This document shows positions 11,371 to 19,409 of a stretch of 64,000 nucleotides of DNA, piece after piece. Made by a program: the position numbers and the translations under genes. The stretch is from an uncultured bacterium (GTDB taxonomy: Bacteria > Eisenbacteria > RBG-16-71-46). Where the stretch lies: contig CAYSWZ010000007.1 in the NCBI GenBank assembly GCA_964434945.1, positions 12,593 to 76,592 of the forward strand, read 5' to 3'. The notes below the pieces were generated by a model. That model was not told where the DNA came from. It did not search any database and worked only from the letters and a program-made list of their open reading frames with translations. The stretch's first letter is position 1. Each line of letters begins with the position of its first letter.

Positions 11371-11485
11371 GATTGTGGGAGCCGGCGCGGCCGGCGCGAG
11401 AGGGACAGGCGGCCCGCGGGTCGGACCATGGAGGGAGTCTAGCCCGGACCAATCGCGCAACGCGAACCGGGCAGCCCGGGACGGC

Positions 11486-13595
11486 CTACCCGCGGCCGCG
11501 CGCGGGCACGGTGAGGATCGGGCAGGCGACCAGGTGCCGCACGCTCGACACGGTGGCGCCGAACACGGCATCGGACAGGCTCTTGTGCCCGTGCGAACCG
11601 GTGACCAGAAGGTCGGCGCGCTCCTGTCCCACGATGCGCGCGATCTCGGGCGCCGGCTCGCCGTGCCCGGGGCGGGAGCCGGTGCGGATCCCGCGCAGGC
11701 CGAACTCACGCGCGAGTGACTCGAGCGCCTGCAGATCCTCGCGGCTCTCGCTGTCGAGGCTCTGCTCGCCGAGCCAGCGGCTCGCGGCGCTCTCGGCCAC
11801 GTGCACGAACACCAGCTCGACCTCGGGCGTCAGCTGTGCATGCCGCAGGAACTGGAGCACGGTGTCGTCCGTGTCGGCGAGTTCCACGGCGATCGCGATG
11901 CGTCGATAGCTGCCCGAGCTCCAGCGTCGCGGCTCCGCCAAGGCGGCCAGGCCCGCGCCCCTCGCGCCCCGAGATCCCGCCGCCGCGAGCGCCGGTCCGG
12001 GCGAGGCCGGCACGAGCCGCGGCCACCCGCGGGCGAGGAGCGGAGCGAGCACGAGGTAGACGAGCAGGTTGTCCACCCCGCGTTCGCCCTGCCACAGGAT
12101 GACCGCCGCGGCCGGGATGATGGCGAGCCCCCGACTCACGAGCCGCCTGAGCCAGGGTCGCACGCGCACGCGCAGGAATCCTTCCATGACGATCTGCCCC
12201 GCGAGCGTGCCGGTGACGGTGCTGTCCTGGCCCGCGCACAGGAGCGCCACCGCGAACAGCGTCGGGGCGAGACGGGTTCCGAGCAGCGGGGAGAGCAGGC
12301 GATGCGCTTCCTTCAGGCTGCCGACGTCGGTGAAGCCATGGCGATGGAACGTCGCCGCCGCAAGGACCAGGATCGCGAGGTTCACGAACATCGCGGCGTT
12401 GAGCGCCACCGCCGAATCCACCAGGTTCATCCGGCAGGCGTCCTTCCGACCGGCGGGCGTAGCCTCGATGTTCCGGCTCTGGACCAGGGCGCTGTGCAGG
12501 TAGAGATTGTGCGGCATGACCGTCGCGCCGAGGATGTCCATCGCCACGTACAGCGATTCGCCGCGGAGCCCGAGCACGGCCGGCTGCCCGCCCGGCGAGC
12601 TCCCGAACAGCGTCGGCACGCCGTCCCGGGCCGCGCGGCACGAGGTTCGCGACGATGGCCGGCAGATCGGGATGCGAGAGCAGCATCTGCACCGCGAAGC
12701 ATCCGCCGATCGTAACGACGAGCGTGAGGATGAACGCCTCGAGCCGGCGGATGCCGAAGTTCGAGAGCGCGAGCAGGGACAGCACGTCGAGCGCGGTGAT
12801 GGAGACGCCCGCGAGGAGCGGAAGGCCGAACAGGAGCTGGAGTCCGATCGCCGCCCCGATGACCTCGGCCACGTCGCAGGCGACGATCGCGAGCTCTCAC
12901 AGGATCCACAATGGCCACACGAGCACGCGCGGATAGAAGTCGCGACAGGCCTGCACGAGGTCGCGGCCGGTCACGACACCGAGGCGGGCGGACAGCGTCT
13001 GGAACAGCACCGCCATGAGGCTGCTCATGACCAGCACCCAGACGAGCTGGTAGCCGAACCGGGAGCCGCCCGCGAGGTCGGTCGCCCAGTTGCCCGGATC
13101 CATGTAGCCCACGCTCACGAGATAGGCCGGGCCGGCGAACGCGAGCATGAGCTGGAGCCAGTGGCGCGCGAGCCGGCCGCGGCTGTCCGGAATCGGATGC
13201 CCGTGCGGGTCCTCCTTCGGGTGGCTCATGTAGCGGTCGAGCGCGTCGAGCACACGGTCGCTGACGTGGTGCTCGAGTTCCTCGGCGTCCTCGTCCACGT
13301 CGCTCCAGTCGAGCTCGAGCACGTTGACGAGGAACGCCTCGAGGATCCGATGCCGCCGCAGCACGAGCAGCGCCGCGCGCTCGCCGTCCGGCGTCGGGCT
13401 CGCGACGCCGCGCGCGCCGAGCGTGACGAGCCGCTCCTCGGCGAGGCGCGCCAGCATGTTCGTGACGCTCGGCGCCGACACATGCAGGTGACGGGCCAGC
13501 GCCGACACGGGCACGGGCGAGCCGGCGCCGAGTTGGAGCAGCGCCTTCAGGTAGTTCTGCCGCGATCGACTCGCGGGGACTGCGGTCGAGTGCAT
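11486..13595 (-). pseudogene. mntH: DtxR/MntR-type regulator domain fused to an Nramp (MntH) Mn2+/Fe2+ transporter and a C-terminal UspA domain; interrupted by an in-frame TGA (12897-12899) and a 1-nt frameshift (~12600-12625)
   Basis: Three collinear ORFs on the minus strand:
- 12897..13595 encodes a DtxR wHTH and metal-binding domain ([37 protein letters not shown]) that runs straight into Nramp TM1 ([20 protein letters not shown]).
- 11706..12872 is in the same frame immediately after the TGA (AEVIGAAIGLQLLFG...).
- 11486..12619 is in a different frame and carries ...ILGATVMPHNLYLHSALVQSR..., the remaining TM segments, then a UspA fold (...ADLLVTGSHGHKSL...). Confidence 0.6.
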
Positions 13596-13625
13596 GGGCC
13601 TCCTGACCGTGACGCGGACCTGTCA

Positions 13626-13644
13626 TTAGGTACGACTAACTTGG
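13626..13644 (-). promoter_or_regulatory. candidate DtxR/IdeR-type operator (TTAGGTACGACTAACTTGG) about 31 bp upstream of the fusion gene start
   Basis: Matches 13 of 19 positions of the IdeR/DtxR consensus TTAGGTTAGGCTAACCTAA. It is the only AT-richer patch in this intergenic region and sits where an autoregulatory operator would be expected. Confidence 0.3.
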
Positions 13645-13707
13645 CGATTTGTCCAGACTAATCTTCGGCTGGAAGTCTCCGGGACTCGAGTCGTCGCTCG
13701 GCGCTCG

Positions 13708-13851
13708 GGGAGGCCCGGGGGGCTGCGGATCAGGCGAACGTTCGTCGCCGACATCCCTGTCGGCTCCTCACTCGGCTGAAGGCACGCTCCGCCTCCTGGC
13801 TCTCGCGTGCCTTCAGGCGCCGCCAGATCCGCAGCCCCCCGGGCCTCCCCT
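13708..13851. repeat. 144-bp nested inverted-repeat element
   Basis: Read directly from the sequence:
- Outer arms: 25-bp perfect inverted repeat, ggggaggcccggggggctgcggatc at 13708-13732 and its reverse complement at 13827-13851.
- Inner arms: 12-bp perfect inverted repeat ctgaaggcacgc (13777-13788) / gcgtgccttcag (13806-13817).
- Small hairpin gccgaca-tccc-tgtcggc (13747-13764).
- 10-bp palindrome cgaacgttcg. Confidence 0.6.
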
Positions 13852-13980
13852 CGGGTCGGGCGCGACAACCCCCGGCCCTCCCCGCGCGCCAACAACAGAC
13901 AGCGTGACGGAAGTTTGCCCGCGTCGTTGTTGCTCGGCTACGCTCCGCCGTCCCTTCCAAGCCCTCCCGGAGCCGCCCTC

Positions 13981-14955
13981 ATGCCGCAGATGACCATGGT
14001 GCAGGCGATCAGCGACGCGTTGCGCGTTTCGTTGCGCGACGACTCCCGGGTCGTGGTGCTGGGGGAGGACGTGGGGCGGAACGGCGGGGTGTTCCGGGTG
14101 ACCGAGGGGCTGCAGGCGGAGTTCGGGGCCGAGCGCGTGCTCGACACGCCGCTCGCGGAGAACGGCATCGTCGGCGGCGCCATCGGGATGGCGCTCTACG
14201 GACTGAAACCGGTGGCCGAGATCCAGTTCGTGGACTTCATCTACCCCGCGTTCGACCAGATCGTGTCCGAGCTGGCCAAGTTCCGCTGGCGCTCCGGGGG
14301 GCAGTACAGCTGCCCGGTCGTCGTGCGTGCGCCCTACGGCGGCGGCATCCGCGGCGGCCTCTACCACTCGCAGAGCCCGGAGGCCTATTTCTGCCACACG
14401 ACCGGCCTGCAGGTGGTGATCCCGGCAACGCCCTCCGACGCCAAGGGATTGCTGATGTCGGCGATCCAGGGAAAGGACCCGGTCATCTTCCTCGAACCGA
14501 AGCGGCTCTACCGGACGACGAAGGAGGACGTGGCCGAAGGCCCGTTCACCGTGCCGATCGGCAGGGCCCGCGTCGCGCGCGCCGGCGAGCACGTAACGGT
14601 GCTCGCCTACGGCGCCATGGTGCCGGTGTCGCTGGAAGCGGCCGAGCAGGCGGCGGCGCGAGGCTGGAACGTCGAGGTGCTGGACCTGCGCACGCTCCTC
14701 CCGCTCGACGCGGAGGCGATCCTCACGAGCGTCCGCCGTACCGGGCGCGTGGTGATCGTGCACGAGGCGCCGCGCACGTGCGGTTTCGGCGCCGAGCTGT
14801 CCGCGCTCGTCGCGGAGCAGGCGCTCACCTCGCTCCTCGCCCCGGTGCTGCGCGTGACCGGCTACGACACGCCGTTCCCGTATACGCTCGAACACACCTA
14901 CCTGCCCGATGCCAGGCGCGTGTTCGCGGCGCTCGAGCACGTGATGAGCTACTGA
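13981..14955 (+). CDS. 2-oxo-acid (pyruvate/branched-chain) dehydrogenase E1 component, beta subunit
   Basis: Transketolase-like C-terminal signature (...VVVLGEDVGRNGGVFRVTEGL...FVDFIYPAFDQI...PYGGGIRGGLYHSQS...). ATG at 13981 is preceded by GGAG. Confidence 0.9.
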   Translation: MPQMTMVQAISDALRVSLRDDSRVVVLGEDVGRNGGVFRVTEGLQAEFGAERVLDTPLAENGIVGGAIGMALYGLKPVAEIQFVDFIYPAFDQIVSELAKFRWRSGGQYSCPVVVRAPYGGGIRGGLYHSQSPEAYFCHTTGLQVVIPATPSDAKGLLMSAIQGKDPVIFLEPKRLYRTTKEDVAEGPFTVPIGRARVARAGEHVTVLAYGAMVPVSLEAAEQAAARGWNVEVLDLRTLLPLDAEAILTSVRRTGRVVIVHEAPRTCGFGAELSALVAEQALTSLLAPVLRVTGYDTPFPYTLEHTYLPDARRVFAALEHVMSY

Positions 14956-14969
14956 GGTGGCCGACTGAC

Positions 14970-15272
14970 ATGCTCGTGATCGTGTGGGAATACATGGCGA
15001 GGCCCGACCGGCTGGAGGAGTTCGAGGCGCTCTACCGCCCGGACGGCCCGTGGGTGCAGCTCTTCAAGCGGAGCCCGGGCTTCATGAGCACGACGCTGAT
15101 GCGCGACGTGAACGACCCGCACCGGTTCGTGATCGCCGACCGCTGGAACTCCGGCGAATCGTACGAGGCGTTCAAGCGCGACTTCGCCACGGATTACACC
15201 GCGTTGAGCGAGCGCGGCGAACGATTGCACCGGGCCGAGCACCTGATCGGCCGATTCGAATTCGTGGAATGA
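14970..15272 (+). CDS. ABM-domain (antibiotic-biosynthesis-monooxygenase / Dabb-like) small protein inserted in the dehydrogenase operon
   Basis: 100 aa: MLVIVWEYMARPDRLEEFEALYRPDGPWVQLFKRSPGFMSTTLMRDVNDPHRFVIADRWNSGESYEAF. Its TGA overlaps the ATG of E2 (ATGA). Confidence 0.6.
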   Translation: MLVIVWEYMARPDRLEEFEALYRPDGPWVQLFKRSPGFMSTTLMRDVNDPHRFVIADRWNSGESYEAFKRDFATDYTALSERGERLHRAEHLIGRFEFVE

Positions 15273-16561
15273 GCGAGGAGACCATGACGGCGACGCCCCC
15301 ACCGACCTACGACGTGAAGCTGCCCGACATCGGCGAGGGCGTGGCCGAGGGTGAGATCGTGCGCTGGCTGGTGAAGCCGGGTGAGGCGGTGCGCGAGGAC
15401 CAGCCTCTGGTCGAGGTGATGACCGACAAGGCGAGCGTCGAGATCCCGTCGCCACGCACCGGGACCATCGCGGCGCTGCACGTGGAGGAGGGCGCGATGG
15501 TCCCCGTGGGCACCGTGCTCGTGAGCATCACCGTCACGGGTGGCGCTCCCACGGCCCCGGCGCCCGCCCCGGCGCAGGCGCACGCGGCTCGCGCCGCCAC
15601 GGCGGCCCCTGCCACGGCGGCCGCGGCGAGCGCCCCCGCCGCGGGCGCACCGGCGCGGGTCGATGCCGCGCCGGCGGTGCGCGCGCTGGCGAAGGAGCTG
15701 GGAGTCGCGCTCGAGCGGGTGCGCGGCAGCGGACCGGGTGGCCGCATCTCCGCGGACGACGTGCGCGCGGCGGCGGGCAGCAAGCCGCCGGCCCCCCCGC
15801 TCCCCGGCACCCCAACCGCACCGACCGGGCCGGAGGCCCAGGGCCATCCCAACGACGAGACGCGCCAGCCGCTCCGGGGACTCCGCCGGCGCATCGCCGA
15901 GCACATGCGGCGCTCGCTCTCGACCGCGGCGCAGTTCACGTTCGTGGCCGAGTGCGACTTCACGGCACTGGTCGAGCATCGGGCCGGGGTGGCGGCGCGG
16001 GCCCGGGCCGCGGGACTCAAGCTCACCTATCTCGCGTACCTCTTTCGTGCCCTGCCGCTCGTCCTCCGCGAGTTTCCGCTCCTCAACAGCTCGCTCGACG
16101 ATGAGACGCACGAGATCGTGCTCAAGCGCCGCTACCACCTCGGGCTCGCCACGAACACCGACGAGGGGCTCACCGTGCCCATCGTGCACGATGCGGACCG
16201 GCTCGGGCTCTTCGCGCTCGCGCGCGAGATCGACCGGCTGGCCGCGGCCGCGCGCGCGCACAAGCTGAAGCTCGAGGAACTGCAGGGCGGAACGTTCACC
16301 GTGACGAGCACCGGCGCCAGGGGTGGCGTGCTCGCCACGCCGATCCTCCACCATCCACAGGTGGCGATCCTCGGCCTCCACGCCGTGACCCCGAAGCCGG
16401 CGGTGGTGGACGGCAAGATCGTGGTGCGCGACCTCGGGAACCTCTCCCTGTCGCTCGACCATCGCGTGGTGGACGGGGCCGTGGGCGCAGACTTCCTGTA
16501 CGCGCTCATCGCGAAGCTCGAGAGCCCCGCGACGTGGATGAACGACGGGGACCTCGCGTGA
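15269..16561 (+). CDS. dihydrolipoamide acyltransferase (E2): lipoyl domain, subunit-binding domain, catalytic domain
   Basis: Lipoyl-lysine motif EVMTDKASVEIPSP, an Ala/Pro linker, and catalytic ...SLDHRVVDGA.... Confidence 0.9.
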   Translation: MSEETMTATPPPTYDVKLPDIGEGVAEGEIVRWLVKPGEAVREDQPLVEVMTDKASVEIPSPRTGTIAALHVEEGAMVPVGTVLVSITVTGGAPTAPAPAPAQAHAARAATAAPATAAAASAPAAGAPARVDAAPAVRALAKELGVALERVRGSGPGGRISADDVRAAAGSKPPAPPLPGTPTAPTGPEAQGHPNDETRQPLRGLRRRIAEHMRRSLSTAAQFTFVAECDFTALVEHRAGVAARARAAGLKLTYLAYLFRALPLVLREFPLLNSSLDDETHEIVLKRRYHLGLATNTDEGLTVPIVHDADRLGLFALAREIDRLAAAARAHKLKLEELQGGTFTVTSTGARGGVLATPILHHPQVAILGLHAVTPKPAVVDGKIVVRDLGNLSLSLDHRVVDGAVGADFLYALIAKLESPATWMNDGDLA

Positions 16562-17700
16562 CCGGCGTGACGGGATCGGCCGGCGGGACGGACGTTCGCG
16601 TGGACGAGACGCTCCGGCGCGTGCTCGACGAGCGGGGACGCGAGGTCGCCGCGCCGCCTTCCCTGCCCGACGACGACCTGCTGGCGCTCCACCGCCACAT
16701 GCTCAAGATGCGGCTCCTGGATCAGCGCATGCTGTCGCTCCAGCGCCAGGGACGCATCGGATTCTACGGCATGGCCACCGGGCAGGAGGCCTCGGTGACC
16801 GGCTCCGCCTACCCGCTCCGGAAGGGCGACTGGGTCTTTCATGCCCTGCGCGAGACCGGGGTATGCCTGTGGCGTGGAACCTCCGTGCAGGAGTTCGTCT
16901 GCCAATTGATCGGCAACTCGGGCGACGTCCTCCTCGGCCGGCAGATGCCGATGCACTTCAGCGACCGGAAGGTGAACTCGGTGGCCTGGTCGAGCGTCAT
17001 CGGCACGCAGTTGCCGCACGCCATGGGCGCCGCCTACGCCGCGAAGCTCCTCCGGCACGACACGGTGTGCGTGGGGTACATCGGGGACGGCGGCACCTCG
17101 AGCGGCGACTTTCACGCCGCGCTCAACTTCGCCGCGGTGTGGAAGGTGCCGGCGGTGTTCTTCTGCCAGAACAACCAGTGGGCGATCTCGGTGCCGCTCG
17201 CGGCGCAGACGGCATCGAGCAGCATCGCGGTCAAGGCGGTCGCGTACGGCATGCCGGGGATCCGCGTGGATGGCAACGACCTGCTCGCGGTCATCGCCGC
17301 GCAGCGCGAGGCGGTCGAACGCGCGCGCTCGGGCGGGGGCCCGACGTTGATCGAATCGGTCACGTTCCGCATGGGCGGCCACTCCTCGAGCGACGACCCG
17401 ACGCGTTATCGCGACGCGGCGGAGGTCGAGCTGTGGGAGACGCGGGACCCGGTCGCGCGATTCGCCGCGTGGCTCAGGGGCAAGGGCCTGCTCACCGATG
17501 CCCACCTCGAGCGGTGGACCGGGGAGATCAACGACGAGATCTCCGCCGCCGTCACGGCCGCCGAAGCGCTGCCGCCGCCCGGGATCGACAGCATCTTCAC
17601 CGACGTCTACGCGGAGATGCCGCAGCACGTCCTGGAGCAGATGAAGTACGCACAGGCGCTGGGACTCGGCACCCGGTTCGAAGGCGCGTTCCCGCTGTGA
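16558..17700 (+). CDS. 2-oxo-acid dehydrogenase E1 component, alpha subunit (ThDP-binding)
   Basis: ThDP motif GDGGTSSGDFHAALNFAAVWKVPAVFFCQNN, plus ...YRMGGHSSSDD... The GTG start overlaps the E2 TGA. An alternative GTG at 16534 is possible. Confidence 0.85.
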   Translation: MTGVTGSAGGTDVRVDETLRRVLDERGREVAAPPSLPDDDLLALHRHMLKMRLLDQRMLSLQRQGRIGFYGMATGQEASVTGSAYPLRKGDWVFHALRETGVCLWRGTSVQEFVCQLIGNSGDVLLGRQMPMHFSDRKVNSVAWSSVIGTQLPHAMGAAYAAKLLRHDTVCVGYIGDGGTSSGDFHAALNFAAVWKVPAVFFCQNNQWAISVPLAAQTASSSIAVKAVAYGMPGIRVDGNDLLAVIAAQREAVERARSGGGPTLIESVTFRMGGHSSSDDPTRYRDAAEVELWETRDPVARFAAWLRGKGLLTDAHLERWTGEINDEISAAVTAAEALPPPGIDSIFTDVYAEMPQHVLEQMKYAQALGLGTRFEGAFPL

Positions 17701-18101
17701 AGGACGCGCTGCTCGTCGCGTTCGGCGGCGCGATCGGAAGCGTGCTGCGCTGGGCGGTGCTGTCGGGTGCGTCGCGCCTCCCGCGCGCGGGCGCCTTCCC
17801 GTGGGGCACGCTGGCCGTGAACCTGGCGGGTTCGTGCGCGATCGGCTTCGTGCTCACGCTCGCGTTCGAGCGCGGGCTCGTCGCGCCCGCGACGCGGCTG
17901 TTCCTCGTCACCGGCGTGCTCGGCGGGTTCACCACGTTCTCGGCGTTCTCCTGGGAGACGCTCGTGCTCGTGCGCGACGGCCACGCGCTGGCGGCGGCGG
18001 GTTACATGGCGGGCTCCGTGCTCGGCGGTTTCGCGGCCGCGGTGCTCGGCGCCGCGCTCGCGGGGCAACTGGGAACCACGGTCGCGTCGCTCGCCGCGTG
18101 A
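17697..18101 (+). CDS. crcB: fluoride ion channel CrcB/FluC
   Basis: 134 aa with four TM segments: ...AFGGAIGSVLRW...GTLAVNLAGSCAIGF...TGVLGGFTTFSAFS... The GTG start overlaps the TGA of E1alpha (GTGA). Confidence 0.8.
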   Translation: MKDALLVAFGGAIGSVLRWAVLSGASRLPRAGAFPWGTLAVNLAGSCAIGFVLTLAFERGLVAPATRLFLVTGVLGGFTTFSAFSWETLVLVRDGHALAAAGYMAGSVLGGFAAAVLGAALAGQLGTTVASLAA

Positions 18102-18104
18102 GCG

Positions 18105-19409
18105 CTACCGGCCCGGCGTCGCGGGCGGCAGCTTGAGGCGAGTCCCGACGGGAACGTCAGGATGCACGAGATCGTTCAGCATCATGAGCGCCGTCACCGT
18201 CGTGTTCCAGCGGCGGGCGATCACGGACAGGGTCTCGCCCTCGGCGACCACGACCGTGGCCGGGCGCTCGACGGTGACGGCGTGCGCCGCGGACGCCGGC
18301 GCGGTGGCCGCCGCGGACGCCGCCGCGCCCGGTGGGCGCACGGTGCTCGCGGGCGGCGCGTTCGTCGGCCGCTCCGTGGAACGACGGTCCGCGTGCGGCA
18401 CGGTCGCCGGCGTCGCGGAGCGCTCGTGCGTGACAGCCTCGTGCGCTTTCCGCGACGCGGCGCCGGCGTGGACCGAGGGTCCGGGCCGGAACGTCAGGCC
18501 GATGCGGTGCTGTCCCGCGCCGGTGGCACCCTCCGGCGAGTAGGCGTAGTCGAGCCACGTGTTGCCGACCCCGGCGCCGAGCCCGAACGTGACGCCGGAC
18601 AACGCCTCGTCCGCGGGTGCGCCGAGCGCGAGACGGTAGCCCGCGCGGAGCGCGACGCGCTCGTGCCACAGCCATTCGCCGCCCACGCGCACGTCGCGAT
18701 AGTAGTGGAGCGGCGACTCGAGGTCGGCGTCCAGCTTGAGCCCGCGCACCTCGTCGCCCCACGACACACCCGCCGCGATCACACCGGGGAGGTCGTAGCG
18801 CGTCCCGCCGTAGCTCATGCCGCTCCCGAGATTGCGCGCCGCGAGCGCGAAGCCCACCGGCCCCGCCGTGGCGCGCAATCCGGCGTCGAGCGCGAACCCG
18901 GTCCCGTCGATCCCGGCGAGCGCCTCGTGCACCCACTTCCCCCCGAGCCCGGCCGAGAGCGCGGATGTGAGCGGAAGCGCGAGCCGTGCGCCGAGCGCGA
19001 GGTCGGACACCGTGAGCGAGCCGGTCGGATTGTCGAGGGCATCGCGGCCCTCGAGCGTCCCCTCCTGGTGGAAGAGCGCGTCCAGGGCCCAGCGGGTCTC
19101 GCTCCCGCCCACCCGGCCGCCCGCCGCCACCCAGTCCTGCGTGGCGCCCCCGGGGAGTGGTGCGTGCGAGAGCGAGAACTGGAGCACGTCCATGCGGGCC
19201 AGTGACGCCGGGTTCCACGCCGCCGCCGCGAGATCGTTCCCGGTCGCGAGCGTCGCACCGGCCATCGAGAGCGCGGACGCTCCCGTGCCCACGACGAGGA
19301 AGTTGCCCGTGCTCGTGCCGGCCGCCTCGCCCGCGGCCTGCGCCGCCACCTCGTTCGCGGCGAGGAGAGTCGCGAACGCGAGCGCTGCCGCGGGGCCCCA
19401 CCGCCTCAC
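18105..19409 (-). CDS. outer-membrane beta-barrel protein, PorV/FadL-like, with a C-terminal LysM domain
   Basis: Signal peptide. PorV-like N-terminal motif ...GASALSMAGATLATGNDLAAAAWNPASLA.... C-terminal LysM (VVAEGETLSVIARRWNTTVTALMMLNDL...GTRLKLP). Start GTG at 19409-19407 overlaps the upstream gene's TGA. Confidence 0.6.
   Translation of the reverse strand: MRRWGPAAALAFATLLAANEVAAQAAGEAAGTSTGNFLVVGTGASALSMAGATLATGNDLAAAAWNPASLARMDVLQFSLSHAPLPGGATQDWVAAGGRVGGSETRWALDALFHQEGTLEGRDALDNPTGSLTVSDLALGARLALPLTSALSAGLGGKWVHEALAGIDGTGFALDAGLRATAGPVGFALAARNLGSGMSYGGTRYDLPGVIAAGVSWGDEVRGLKLDADLESPLHYYRDVRVGGEWLWHERVALRAGYRLALGAPADEALSGVTFGLGAGVGNTWLDYAYSPEGATGAGQHRIGLTFRPGPSVHAGAASRKAHEAVTHERSATPATVPHADRRSTERPTNAPPASTVRPPGAAASAAATAPASAAHAVTVERPATVVVAEGETLSVIARRWNTTVTALMMLNDLVHPDVPVGTRLKLPPATPGR

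Noticed and set aside
12897-12899. Reading the in-frame TGA in the Nramp gene as selenocysteine or as programmed readthrough.
   Set aside because: This position is Gln or Ala in characterised MntH proteins and has no redox role. No SECIS-like hairpin follows. A second lesion, a frameshift, lies 280 bp downstream. A nonsense mutation or sequence error is the simpler explanation.
14970-15272. Dismissing the ABM-domain ORF inside the dehydrogenase operon as a spurious small ORF.
   Set aside because: I kept it as real. It has the correct codon bias, a clean ATG, a recognisable ABM-fold sequence (WEYMARPDRLEEFEALY...HRFVIADRW) and an exact ATGA coupling to E2, so it is listed as a feature rather than rejected.
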